IMG/VR virus record: IMGVR_UViG_3300028800_000061
Coordinates: 64,001-128,000 of that record
Direction: 5' to 3' (one strand)
Length of the DNA: 64,000 nucleotides
Source: a virus
A model generated the notes under the pieces. The model was not told where the DNA came from. It saw nothing but the letters and a program-made list of their open reading frames with translations, and ran no database searches. A program made the position numbers and the translations under genes. The number at the start of each line of letters is the position of its first letter. Position 1 is the first letter of the stretch. This document shows, piece after piece, positions 26,682 to 36,948 of the stretch.

Positions 26682-27799
26682 TAGGAGGATTCCCAGCAGA
26701 TGACCAGGTGCGTGTCGCCGTTGAGTGCGAGAGCCCCGCCAGTGTTCTGGCTTCCTTGCAGGGAGATGGTCTGCCCGGCGGTGACCCGGACCCGCCGGCA
26801 GATGGCCACGTCGACGACGTGGCCGGTGTCCGCGTTGGCGTTGACCCGCTGACCCCAGGTGGTGGTGCCGCCGTTGACGGAGATCCCGGCGGCGTACGCC
26901 CCGCTGCTACCGGAGCCGGCCAAGCCGACCTGCCCGTACACGTAGTAGACGCCGGCGACCGGGCACACGTACTGGTTGTTGGTGCCATCCCAGGCGGTGT
27001 AGTTGTCCACCGTCGCCGTGCCCATGGCGATCTTCGACCCGGCCGGGAACGTCTGGCTGCCCAGGGTCGCGCTACCGGGGGTGTAGGTGTAGCGGAGGAT
27101 CGGCGGGTTCGCCAGGAAAGCGATCGTGTCCCGGATGTTGGTGTTAAGGAACGTGGAGGTCACGATGCTCGGCGGGGTCACCCATGACGCGTTCGCCGGG
27201 ATGGCCAGCGAGGTGGCTGCGCCGGTTGCCACCCACCGGAGGGTGAGCCGCGGCTGGTTCGGCGAGGCTGACTGCACGCTGACCGAGCCGGCACTGGACT
27301 GTTTCGCGATGAGGGTGACGTAATCGACGGCCGCGCCGCCGATCGCCCCGGCGCGGGACAGCTGGATGAGGTCCGCCCCGAACACGCCGGGGTTGCGCTG
27401 GGAGTCAACCGGGTGATCTTGTCCCGGGTAGACGGCTGATCCGGCGGCGGTGACCGCCCCGATCGACACCTGGAAGTTGACTTGCGTGGCCGTGGTGTAC
27501 GCCCACGGCATGTACCCCTCGCACAGGTACCAGCCGGGAGCCTGGCACCAGTAGCGGTCCGGGTTAGCCGACAGAGGGTCATGCCCGGCCCAGGTGTCGT
27601 ACACCTCCGTGTCGAGGGCGAGCGTTGTGTTGGTGGCCGACGGGATGGCCGGGCCGCCAGTGCACAGGCCGGTGAACGCTGGCCTTTGCGAAAGGAACAG
27701 CACACCGTTGGTCACATTCGAGCGGAGAGACGAGGTGAGGACCGGCCCGGACGACCAGGTAGACGGACTGGGCACAGGAGGATAAGGGGGAAACGGCAT
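26681..27799 (-). CDS. minor tail protein (C1q-like repeats)
   Basis: Two repeats of N.RD.I.FL..P and Y.C...G.Y; position in the tail cluster. Confidence 0.7.
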   Translation of the reverse strand: MPFPPYPPVPSPSTWSSGPVLTSSLRSNVTNGVLFLSQRPAFTGLCTGGPAIPSATNTTLALDTEVYDTWAGHDPLSANPDRYWCQAPGWYLCEGYMPWAYTTATQVNFQVSIGAVTAAGSAVYPGQDHPVDSQRNPGVFGADLIQLSRAGAIGGAAVDYVTLIAKQSSAGSVSVQSASPNQPRLTLRWVATGAATSLAIPANASWVTPPSIVTSTFLNTNIRDTIAFLANPPILRYTYTPGSATLGSQTFPAGSKIAMGTATVDNYTAWDGTNNQYVCPVAGVYYVYGQVGLAGSGSSGAYAAGISVNGGTTTWGQRVNANADTGHVVDVAICRRVRVTAGQTISLQGSQNTGGALALNGDTHLVICWESS

Positions 27800-27827
27800 G
27801 CGCTCACCGCCCCGCCACGCATGTCAC

Positions 27828-30800
27828 TTACCAGGGAAGCGAATTGCTTCCGTTCAGTTGCCCGAAAACTGGATCGTCCGCTATCAGAACTGCACCTTCA
27901 GGGAACGAGTCTGTTTCGATAGCCACCTCGGCTGTGCCCGCTACCCTGTCGATTTTCTTTGTGACTTGCGTAATGATCGCCTGGATTTGCGTTGTGGCTG
28001 ACGCGCTCAGCGGGCGCCTTGTCACCTGAACGATCTGGGCGGGTTCCACACCCAGAACGAACGGCCAGTTGACCGGGTTAGCGTCAGCCGTGACACGCAC
28101 ATTTTCGGCACGGTTGAACACGGTCCCCCGCGTATTCGCGATCCAGTTAGCCTCATCGACCACGGTGTCCGGGTCCTGCTGGTAAACCGTCGCCGAGTAG
28201 GTGTACTGGCCGTGTTGCGCCGCCGATGGCGCGTTGAAAGCCACAACAGCGGTACCACTACCTGTTGACTGGGTGAGCTCAACGTCGTTGTACAGCAGGC
28301 TCTTGTCGTACCCGAAAACGATGTCGGTTTCGTATGGGGTTTCGCCGGAGAGAACATCCTCCCCGAGGAACCATATCGGGGTGTTTCCGTACAGGTCGCT
28401 TCGTGACAGGTAGCACAGGACCCCGTTGCCATCGACACCCATGAACCCGTTATCGCTGACAACAATGTTGGTTATCGCCTCGGCGGCGGTTTGCCCTTGT
28501 GAGGCCGAAACCACGCCATTGGCTGAGATGCTCCCCTCGGAGCCTTGAATATCGGAGATCCCGGCCATGCCGGTTGTGGATTTGTGGCTGATCGACCGGG
28601 CCCCGGTCCACCCGCCGTAGCCGGCGAGCCGCTCGATGCGCAGGTCGGGGTGCTCGGAGCCGAACTGGCCGTTGTTAGCGACGGGGAACCCGGCGCCGAC
28701 GATCGCCGCCAGCCGGTCCTCGGTGAGGAGACGGGGGAAGATGGCAAGGTGGCAGCACGCCCCGTTGATCATGGACCCGGTGAAGTACCGGTCCGCGTTG
28801 CCCATGAAGTCGATCCAGGTCATCGAGGACGGCATGTTGCATGATCCGGAAGCTCCGGTGAACGCGCCGCCGTCCACAACGACTTGCCATGTGCTCTGGG
28901 TGAGCAGCAGCGCGAAGTGGCTGAGGCCACCTGACAGCCAGTTCTGGCTGTTTACCACAGTGTCTGTCCGGGCCCGTGTGGATTGGTCGTACACGGCGAT
29001 CTGCAGGCCGCCTGGGCTGCCTGAGGTGGGACTGTTGAGGTACATCTGGAACATGGGCCCGACACCCGCGTTGGTGCCCCGCATCAGGATCAGCTGATGC
29101 GGGATTTGCACGGTCGGTGAGTCTGGGGCGAACCAGCCCATGATGGTGATGCCGTTGGCGATCGACGGGTAGGACTGGTCGATGCATTGCAGGCAGTAGC
29201 CGTATCCGGTGGCGTCCCCGGCGGTCAGGCCGGTCTGCGTGTAAACGGTTCCGCCAGGATCACCCGGGTCAAGACCGGAGTTATCGCCGAAAGTGAATGT
29301 GGCGGTCAGCGCACCGGATTTGGACTCGACAACTTGCAGCGAGTTACTGTTACCTGGCGCTGAGTTTTGCGCTGCCGTGCTCCCTGCAGCATCACCGCAT
29401 GTCCAGTATGCGTAAGGCTGGTCGAGAAGTATCTCTTCCTGCTGGACTGCGGCCAGTTCCGCTGTTTGCAGTGACCATACATCGACAACGGTGATCTGCG
29501 TAATCCCGTACCACACCGAGTCCCAGGCCTGCGGCCACCGTTCCACGTAGCCGCTGAAGACACTGTATGTGCGGCCATCCCAGGTCATCAGCAGCCGTAC
29601 AGGAACATCCGCGAGGACGAAAGGCGCAAAAGGCGATGCGTCGTTCTCGGGCGTCAGCGCGGCATCGTTATTATCCAGGGTCAGGGTTATTTCCCCAGCC
29701 TGCAACTGATCCAGTTCGTACTGCTTCCCGCGTTTCGCGCTTGTCTCAGTCGAGCCAAGCCACCTGTTAGTGATATCCGTCCAGGTGATCTGCGATGGCG
29801 GGGTCAGCGCACCAGAACCGAATCCCATTTGCAGTTGCGTCGCCGGCCAGGACGCATCCGGCTGCGCGGGCCCGGCGTTGACCACAAGGATCGCCGCGGT
29901 GCACGCCGACAGGTCCCCCGTAGTCCCGGTTGTCCATGATGCGGTTTCCGATGTGGATGCCACCTGCCACGCTGGTGAGGTGTGCAGGATCGCAGGCGCT
30001 GTCCCCGACACGCTCACCGCGGTAAGAGCGGTCCAGCTGCCCCCGGGCCCGGTGCTGAAAGTTGATGCATCACTGGCCGCCACTGTGGCCAGGAACGCTG
30101 CAGCTCCCAGGCCGGGGGCGTTTGCTGCGATCGCGGTGGCCGCGTTGGCGTAGTTGTTCACCACGACAGGCGTACCGGCGTAATCGCTCATGCCGGTGAT
30201 CTCGATCACGGTCACGCCGATAACTGCCGGATAGGTGGGATTCGGGAGGCCGCACGGGGACACGTAAACATGCCCGGCGCCGGGGACGGACGCGCCGGCG
30301 GGCCGGGCCCAGATCGAGCACCTGGTGAACCCGGACGCACTGGAATCCCCGCTGGGTGCGCCGAGCGGGATCCAGTAGCCGTGCACATCATCGGACACGG
30401 CCATGGTGCCGCCGAGGTACCCGGCAGGCAGGGTCCACGAGCAGAACGCGATCAGCCAGTTCCCGGTTGTGCTCGCCACCGGGCAGTCGAGGGATCCGGA
30501 TGGGGGGGCGTTCAGAGAGAAGCCGCTGACAATGGCCCGGTTCGCCGTCCATGTGTTGATCACCGTGATGGAGGACGGCTTGATGGCGGCCGCGGTGATG
30601 CTTGCGCTGGCCGACCTGGTAGCCGACGCGACGTGCACCTGCGTCATGGCCGCGGTGACCGTCGCGGTCACTGCCCGGGCGGCCGACGCGACGTGCACCT
30701 GCGTCATCGACGCGGTGATGGTGACGGTGGCCGACCGGGTGGCCGCCCCGTTGCGCACCCTGGTCGCCGCCGCGGTGATCGCGGCGGTGGCGGTCTGGGT

Positions 30801-31586
30801 GGCGTCGATGGTGACGGCACCGGTGATGACAGTCGCTGCCGCGGTGACTGTTGCGGTGAAGCTCGGGCTTGCCGCACCGTTGCGGACCCGGGTCGCTGCC
30901 GCGGTGGCAGTCGCGGTGAACGTCGGGGTGGTGGCTGCGGTCTGGGTGGCCGGGAACTGCGCGACCCAGACGCCGCCGTACCCGGCGGTGCCGATCTGCT
31001 CCAGCGCCGTCCAGGTCAGGCCGCTGGTGTCAGACACGGCCATGCTGACCGTGCCGGACCCGCTGTAGTTCGCGGAGATGACAGCGACCAGCAGCGCGGC
31101 GGATGGCGGGGTGAAACTCGCCGTCGTGATGGTCTTCGCGGCGTTCGTGTTCGCGCTGGCGGGCGACGACGCGTCCTCGGCCAGGGTGCCCGAGTTCTTG
31201 ATCTCAGCGAGCGCGATCGCGGCATCGCCTGATGTGGTCGTCGGCAGTGTCGCCCCGACAGTGACCGGCGTGCCGCCTGTTGTCGTGGAGGTGGTGCGGA
31301 ACGTGCCGCGTTTCTGGGCGTTGGTCGCGTCAGTGTTGTTCGCGCTGAACGTGGTTGCGGCGTTCGCGGTGAACGTGCCAGCAAGATTCTCGCTGAGCGC
31401 GCCGTAAACCCAGTTGCTGGACCCCGCCGGGGTGATGGCGAGCTGCGGGGTCGTGATCGTCGCCGAGTCGTTGACGGTGCCGGGCTGCGACCCGGCCGCG
31501 GCAGCACTCGTCACGACCTTGACGGTCAGGGTGATGCCGTTCTTCGATCCGGTTCCGCTGGCGGTCGCCGTTACCGTGATCGCCAT
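27828..31586 (-). CDS. large tail tip/hub protein with LamG-like domain and Ala/Thr repeats
   Basis: WTDIT..RGKQYELDQLQAGE..LTLDN, FSGYVERWP, PYAYW, HFALLL; 20-aa A/T repeats near the N-terminus. Confidence 0.8.
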   Translation of the reverse strand: MAITVTATASGTGSKNGITLTVKVVTSAAAAGSQPGTVNDSATITTPQLAITPAGSSNWVYGALSENLAGTFTANAATTFSANNTDATNAQKRGTFRTTSTTTGGTPVTVGATLPTTTSGDAAIALAEIKNSGTLAEDASSPASANTNAAKTITTASFTPPSAALLVAVISANYSGSGTVSMAVSDTSGLTWTALEQIGTAGYGGVWVAQFPATQTAATTPTFTATATAAATRVRNGAASPSFTATVTAAATVITGAVTIDATQTATAAITAAATRVRNGAATRSATVTITASMTQVHVASAARAVTATVTAAMTQVHVASATRSASASITAAAIKPSSITVINTWTANRAIVSGFSLNAPPSGSLDCPVASTTGNWLIAFCSWTLPAGYLGGTMAVSDDVHGYWIPLGAPSGDSSASGFTRCSIWARPAGASVPGAGHVYVSPCGLPNPTYPAVIGVTVIEITGMSDYAGTPVVVNNYANAATAIAANAPGLGAAAFLATVAASDASTFSTGPGGSWTALTAVSVSGTAPAILHTSPAWQVASTSETASWTTGTTGDLSACTAAILVVNAGPAQPDASWPATQLQMGFGSGALTPPSQITWTDITNRWLGSTETSAKRGKQYELDQLQAGEITLTLDNNDAALTPENDASPFAPFVLADVPVRLLMTWDGRTYSVFSGYVERWPQAWDSVWYGITQITVVDVWSLQTAELAAVQQEEILLDQPYAYWTCGDAAGSTAAQNSAPGNSNSLQVVESKSGALTATFTFGDNSGLDPGDPGGTVYTQTGLTAGDATGYGYCLQCIDQSYPSIANGITIMGWFAPDSPTVQIPHQLILMRGTNAGVGPMFQMYLNSPTSGSPGGLQIAVYDQSTRARTDTVVNSQNWLSGGLSHFALLLTQSTWQVVVDGGAFTGASGSCNMPSSMTWIDFMGNADRYFTGSMINGACCHLAIFPRLLTEDRLAAIVGAGFPVANNGQFGSEHPDLRIERLAGYGGWTGARSISHKSTTGMAGISDIQGSEGSISANGVVSASQGQTAAEAITNIVVSDNGFMGVDGNGVLCYLSRSDLYGNTPIWFLGEDVLSGETPYETDIVFGYDKSLLYNDVELTQSTGSGTAVVAFNAPSAAQHGQYTYSATVYQQDPDTVVDEANWIANTRGTVFNRAENVRVTADANPVNWPFVLGVEPAQIVQVTRRPLSASATTQIQAIITQVTKKIDRVAGTAEVAIETDSFPEGAVLIADDPVFGQLNGSNSLPW

Positions 31587-31622
31587 AGCTCACCGCCCCC
31601 CGTGGTGCAGTAAACGAGCGGG

Positions 31623-32015
31623 TCAGGCGGCGAGCGGGGTGAGGGCGACAGTCAGAGTGGTCAACTCCAGCGTGTCCCCTGTGTTCACGGTTTTACTTGA
31701 GGAAAGAGCGGCGGAAAAGTAGAAGGTGCCGCTAGAACTCGCGGACCACACGGAGATATCGGTGACCACTTCACCGTTGGTGCCGGCCCAGCTGGACCAG
31801 GTCGGCGTGTTCGACTCGGAGATAGATCCGCTGCTCGCCGCGTTCCAAGTCACCGAAGGCCGGGTTGTCACACTCGAAACGTTGGCGGTGCCGTTCGCTC
31901 CCGGGGAACCTGTGTGAAGCTGCACGAATGTGGTCGCGATGCCGGTGAAGGTGGTGTTGTTGAGCACATTCAGCCAGGCGTTCGCCAAGTTGGTGGTCTG
32001 CAGGCCGTCAGCCAT
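31623..32015 (-). CDS. virion structural (tail) protein
   Basis: VQLHTGSPGANGTAN..R....W..AS.G..K.VN.GDT pattern common in phage tail regions. Confidence 0.7.
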   Translation of the reverse strand: MADGLQTTNLANAWLNVLNNTTFTGIATTFVQLHTGSPGANGTANVSSVTTRPSVTWNAASSGSISESNTPTWSSWAGTNGEVVTDISVWSASSSGTFYFSAALSSSKTVNTGDTLELTTLTVALTPLAA

Positions 32016-32151
32016 CTATCTCATCCTTCTTCTCATCAGCCACGTCAGATGCTTTGATCACCCGCGCGTCTGCTTCGATTTCGATGCGCATATCGACGGT
32101 CGGCGGGGTGCCGTGCTCGTTATCTGGCATGCATCACCTGCTCCAGGGCGC

Positions 32152-32187
32152 GCGAAAGCCCCAGCCCGGAAAGGCCAGGGCTTTCGC
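32152..32187. terminator. hairpin after the tape measure gene
   Basis: GCGAAAGCCC/GGGCTTTCGC. Confidence 0.45.
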
Positions 32188-32199
32188 TGTTCGTGGCGG

Positions 32200-35100
32200 C
32201 TATTTGGTTGCGAGCGTGAGACCGTTAGTACCGTTCCTGCGGTTGTAACGCAGGGTGTACTTCTGGTCAGTAGCCTGAAGATTGCTGCCGGTCGGCCATT
32301 GCATCTTCAACGTCAAATTCAGTGTCTGCTGGGAAGATGTGACACCGAACCCGCCCGCTCCTTGCGATGCGGCCAGGGCCACGCCTGTGGCCGGGTGCAC
32401 AGTCCCAGGTGCAGTTGCGCTGCTGAGCGCCCTCATGGCAGCAGTCACATGCGGCAGCCCGGCGATGATTCCTTGCGCGAGTCCTTGTGACACCATCATC
32501 CCGTGCTGGTACATCACCGTCGATGGCGACTTGATCCCCAGATCTTTCTTGATCTGGCTGACCATGCCTTTAGCGATCTTCGTCATTTCCTTCGTGATCG
32601 CTTTTTCTTGCGCTTCCAGCCCGGATAGGAAACCCTTCCCGGCCTGGGCGCCCGAGTCATACATGGCGTTAGCGGCGGTTTGCCCAAGCGACTTAGACGC
32701 CGAAGTGATACCAGACTCGGCTTTGTTGATCGCCTTAATGTTCCCCGGGACCTGCAATAGCGCCTTCGCGATGGCCAGGCCCTGCACGGGCCCGGCCTGG
32801 ATGATCTGGTTGATGTAATCCTTGTTCAGCCCCAGTTTCGACAGTTGGCCGATCGCCGACTTGAACTGGTTTATCTGGGACAGGTCGGCCTGCAAGTTGG
32901 CCAGAATGTTCTGCGAGGTGATCGGCCCGCTACCCGCTGCCGACACGAGATCAAACGTGCCAGCGACGCTACTGGCCGTGTTCGTGGCGAACGTTTTCGC
33001 CTTGGAAATCGTTGACATGATCGCGGATCGTTTGGTGGCGAGGGCTTGCAGTTTGTTGTTGTCAGCCTCGATCCACTTGGTTACGTTGCTCTCCGTCTGA
33101 GAGGAGATATCGCCCGCGTCAAACGCTTCCTTGATGTAGGTGACCAGTTTCCCGGCTGCCGATTTGACTTTCGACGCAGTTCCCTCAAGTCCCGCGACTA
33201 TGCCGTTGCCGATTTCAACCGCAATGTTCTGCATGACCTTCGACGGTGAGCTGATCCCGAGCACGCTCTTGATTGACGATATGGCCGCGCTGCCGATACT
33301 GCCTGCCGCGTCACGTACGGCCCCGAGGGACGCGGTGATTCCGTGAACGAAACCCATGATCAGGTTCTTGGCCAGGTCGTACAGCAACGTGACCGCACCG
33401 TTGAAAATGGTCCGCATCACGTTGAGGATGCCGTGGATCTCATCCGAGGTCAGTTTTTTCAGGTCGGTCCACGCTTTCGCCCAGTGCCCGGTGATGATGT
33501 CCAGGAACAGTGCGATGGCGTCGCGGATTATGGCCAGCTCGGCGCGGATTAGCGCGGCGACAGTATCCCAGACTAGTTTAACCGTGTCGCGTATCAGGCC
33601 CCACGCGATAGTCCATGCGGCTTTAATCACTGCCAGGTCGATTTTGATCGTCGCGATTATCTCGGCGAGATACGTCTTGACGATGAAACTTACAACCGCC
33701 CAGACGACCCGTGCGACCTCTTCGATTTCCTTGTGGTTCTGCTCCCACCACACCCTGAATGCTGCAATCTGCTGCTTCACAAACACAAGCGGGCCGTGAA
33801 CGAACCAGTCGATCACGGCACCCGCGGCGCGCATCGCCACCGCCCAGGCGGATTTGAAAGCGTTCGCGACATCATGAACGATGTCACGGACCAGTTTGCT
33901 GTGCTCATACAGTTCGTACAGGCCAAGCGCGAGTGCGCCGATCGCAATGATCGCGACACCGACGGGGTTAGCTGAGAGAACTGCGCCAAGGCCCTCCACC
34001 GAGGCGGTGACCAGCTCCACCCCCACCGCGATAGCGATAACCGCCCCAGCGAACGCCGCCATCTTCTCGTGGTGGGAAATGAACTCCATGAACTTGTCAA
34101 CCGCCCGCACGACTTTGGTGAAGATGGGCAGCAGTTTCGTCCCGAAAGTGATGACCAGGTTCTCGACATCGGCGAGGAACTGAGTCCAGGCGAAGTGCGC
34201 TGTCTTCTCCGTCTCAGACCACGACTTGCCGTATCCTGATACCGCCTTGCCTATGCCTTCGTACTTGGTTCTGATGTTGTCCAGATTCGACATCAGGGAC
34301 AGCATGGCTTTGTCGGACCGGCCGCCGCCGAACAGTTTCGCCATGACCTGCGAGGCCTGGGCTGCTGACAGCCCGGACGCTTTGAAGGCTTTCTCCATGT
34401 CCGACAACGCGATGTAGATGCCGTCAGGTTTCCGCAGATCCGTGGCGATCTTGTTGACTGTCAGCCCGTAGGAATTCATCACATCGGCCAGCGACTTGTT
34501 TTTCAACGTGATATTGTCGGTCGCCAGTCCAAGTGACCGCAGGAACGTGTTCGCCTCCTTCGACCCTGATGTGACCATGGAAAGCCCCATGGTCAACCGG
34601 GTTGAAGCTGTCTCCGCAGTGTTACCCCGGTCAGTCAGGTACGCCAAGGCCGCACCCATTGACCGGATCGAAATGCCCATGGCCGCGGCGGTAGGCGCCC
34701 AGTTCTTAATTGACTGGTTAAAGTTCTGGAAGCGCATGTCGCCCTGGCCGACGATCGCGTTCAGCAACCCGGCGGTCTTGGCGGCGTCACTGGTGTTCAG
34801 GTTGAACGCCTTCATCACCGATGACAGGGCGTACGTTGTGTCTTCCAGATCGGCGCCGTGGATCTGCGCGAGCTTGGCCGAGTTGGCGACAGTCGCAAGC
34901 GAGTTACTCAGACTCAGGCCAGCGCTAATTGGGTGGTAGAGAGCCGTCGCGATGGCTGTGCCAGATTCCCCAGTCTGGTATCCGATCTGGAGGATCTTCT
35001 GGGACAGTGCGGCCATGCTTATACCGGTCAAGTGCGCGGCGGTGTACAACTGGGTGACGGCAGCCTGAAACTTCATCGCTTTGTCGATGGAGTAACCCAC

Positions 35101-35889
35101 GGCGACTGCGACTCCGGCGATGGCCAGCTTCGTTGCTGAGCCGAGTCCGGCCATCGCGCCGGCGTTCCGCTCGTTCGCGGCCGCTTCCTCGTTGGCCATA
35201 TCCCGTGTCAGCCGCTCGTCCGCTGCCAGGGTCTGCTGAGCTTTCGCCGAGGTCGCCGCAGCCCGGGCGGACGCTATGTGGGCATCCCGGAGTGCCGCTT
35301 GCACCTCGAGGGCGCTCTTGGCCATGTCCGCTTCGAGCGCCTCAGCTTCAGCGAGCTTGGATTCGGCGGCCGCCGCTTCAGCCGCCGACGCAGCCAGCGC
35401 TCTCTGCTCCTCCGCTGCTGCTGCGGCGGCGGCGCCGGCCCGCTCAGCTCCGGCAGCCGCCTCAGTTGTCGCCTCGCCGGCGGCCTGCGCACCGGCGGCG
35501 AGGCGCGCTTCCGCTGCGGCAGCCTCGGATGCGGCGTCGATTGCGCGGGCGAGCCCATCCACCAGCAGCCACTCGGCTGAGGTGAGATCTGTTTCGGCGG
35601 CGACGGTTTGCATGGCCGCGGTGGACAGTTCCTCTTGCGCCGCGGCCTGCTCGGTCGCGGCTGCTGTCGCAGCCTCGGATGCTGCGGTAGTGTCGGCGGC
35701 GCCGGTTGCGATCCCGCCCGCGCTGACCGCACCAGCGGTTGCCTCGGTTGATGCGCGAGCCAGATCTTGCACCTCAGCGATTGAGGCCATCAGCCGCTCG
35801 TTGCTGGCGATCATCTCGTCGATGCCCGCAACCCATTTACTGGCATCCGCGACAAACTCTTCGATCGCTGGTGGCAGCAGTTCAGACAC
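32200..35889 (-). CDS. tape measure protein (TP901-like core)
   Basis: 1229 aa, Ala-rich helical, TMP core motif, W/F-periodic repeats, LGISSPSKVM and LGIKSPSTVM. Confidence 0.92.
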   Translation of the reverse strand: MSELLPPAIEEFVADASKWVAGIDEMIASNERLMASIAEVQDLARASTEATAGAVSAGGIATGAADTTAASEAATAAATEQAAAQEELSTAAMQTVAAETDLTSAEWLLVDGLARAIDAASEAAAAEARLAAGAQAAGEATTEAAAGAERAGAAAAAAAEEQRALAASAAEAAAAESKLAEAEALEADMAKSALEVQAALRDAHIASARAAATSAKAQQTLAADERLTRDMANEEAAANERNAGAMAGLGSATKLAIAGVAVAVGYSIDKAMKFQAAVTQLYTAAHLTGISMAALSQKILQIGYQTGESGTAIATALYHPISAGLSLSNSLATVANSAKLAQIHGADLEDTTYALSSVMKAFNLNTSDAAKTAGLLNAIVGQGDMRFQNFNQSIKNWAPTAAAMGISIRSMGAALAYLTDRGNTAETASTRLTMGLSMVTSGSKEANTFLRSLGLATDNITLKNKSLADVMNSYGLTVNKIATDLRKPDGIYIALSDMEKAFKASGLSAAQASQVMAKLFGGGRSDKAMLSLMSNLDNIRTKYEGIGKAVSGYGKSWSETEKTAHFAWTQFLADVENLVITFGTKLLPIFTKVVRAVDKFMEFISHHEKMAAFAGAVIAIAVGVELVTASVEGLGAVLSANPVGVAIIAIGALALGLYELYEHSKLVRDIVHDVANAFKSAWAVAMRAAGAVIDWFVHGPLVFVKQQIAAFRVWWEQNHKEIEEVARVVWAVVSFIVKTYLAEIIATIKIDLAVIKAAWTIAWGLIRDTVKLVWDTVAALIRAELAIIRDAIALFLDIITGHWAKAWTDLKKLTSDEIHGILNVMRTIFNGAVTLLYDLAKNLIMGFVHGITASLGAVRDAAGSIGSAAISSIKSVLGISSPSKVMQNIAVEIGNGIVAGLEGTASKVKSAAGKLVTYIKEAFDAGDISSQTESNVTKWIEADNNKLQALATKRSAIMSTISKAKTFATNTASSVAGTFDLVSAAGSGPITSQNILANLQADLSQINQFKSAIGQLSKLGLNKDYINQIIQAGPVQGLAIAKALLQVPGNIKAINKAESGITSASKSLGQTAANAMYDSGAQAGKGFLSGLEAQEKAITKEMTKIAKGMVSQIKKDLGIKSPSTVMYQHGMMVSQGLAQGIIAGLPHVTAAMRALSSATAPGTVHPATGVALAASQGAGGFGVTSSQQTLNLTLKMQWPTGSNLQATDQKYTLRYNRRNGTNGLTLATK

Positions 35890-35892
35890 GGT

Positions 35893-36327
35893 TCACGGCC
35901 TGATCACGACAGATTTGAACCGGCTCCGGGCGGTTCGGCTCAGAGCGCCGGAGGCTTCGATCCGTTCCTTGGCCGGCCGGAGATATGGCCGCGCGGGCAG
36001 CGTTGAGCCGCGGCCCGCGGTCCCTCCCAGTTCCTGTATCCGCGCGTAGGGGACAGTGCCGCCGACAGCTACCGACGACCGCGCGCCACCTGCGGGGCCC
36101 TGCTTGATGGTGATCGAGGCGCGCAAGTTCCCGCTGATCCGCGCGGGCGGCTCACCAGGCGGCGACGGCGTCGGCGTGTGAGGTGCGTGCGACCGGCGGG
36201 ACAACTCGTCCCGCTGCACCTCGGAAACCATCAGGGATGCCATGGCGAGCGCGGCCGCACGCGCCCCCCAGGGTGCCCGGTCGCGTATCCTCTGCAGTTT
36301 CTCGTTGATCTCGCGGATGCTTGCCAC
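35893..36327 (-). CDS. HK97 gp10-like / virion morphogenesis protein
   Basis: SPPGEPPA.ISGNLR.SI, YARIQELGG, LPARPYLRPA. Confidence 0.8.
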   Translation of the reverse strand: MASIREINEKLQRIRDRAPWGARAAALAMASLMVSEVQRDELSRRSHAPHTPTPSPPGEPPARISGNLRASITIKQGPAGGARSSVAVGGTVPYARIQELGGTAGRGSTLPARPYLRPAKERIEASGALSRTARSRFKSVVIRP

Positions 36328-36349
36328 ACCAGGTCACCCGCTTCCTGGC

Positions 36350-36894
36350 TCATTTCGGGTTGGACATGATCTGGGTGGCGTAATCGCGGGCCTCAGCGAT
36401 TACCGGTGCGACAGTCGCCCAATCGGACGGGAGTGCGTCTACTTGCTCGGGAGTCCACCCGTATCGCTCGGCGAACCAGGACCACTCGATGTACTCGTCA
36501 GGGAGCGGGCAGGCGGCGCCGGGTCGCCTGAGGAAGTAGTCGGCAAGACGCTGCCTGAGATGGTCTGGGGTTTTGGGCCGTTCAGCACCCGGTCGTAGAC
36601 CGGACGGACCGCCTGGTACAAGGCGTCCTGATCGTCCATGGAGAGGTTGTTCAGGATCGCGTCACCGTCAACCGCTTGCCCTGGCAGCGGCTGCGCCAGC
36701 GTCCAGCCGATGATCATGCGTTTCAGCAGGGCATACATGATGCGGTCTTCGAGTTCGGCGGTGAATACCCGCGACTCGTCCCCGTTGATGGTGATGGAGA
36801 TCGCGCCGCGGGCAGCTCGCCGGTCTCCTCCGTTGGGCTCGTCACGCAGATCGGCGTGATTGCCGGCGGACAGTTGCACGCGCAAACCAGTCAC
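36350..36894 (-). CDS. tail assembly chaperones G/GT via -1 frameshift at C-CCA-AAA (36577-36571)
   Basis: 0-frame ORF 36439-36894; the -1 frame stays open to TGA 36350 and encodes WFAERYGWTPEQVDALP; downstream of the tail tube gene. Confidence 0.85.
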
Positions 36895-36948
36895 AGTCCT
36901 TTCAGGCAGGTAGCTGAATACAGCAGATGGTTTGTTGAAGGCAGCCGG

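Noticed and set aside
30600-30720. 60-bp-period direct repeat
   Set aside because: Encodes the 20-aa Ala/Thr repeats of the tail protein; not a separate element
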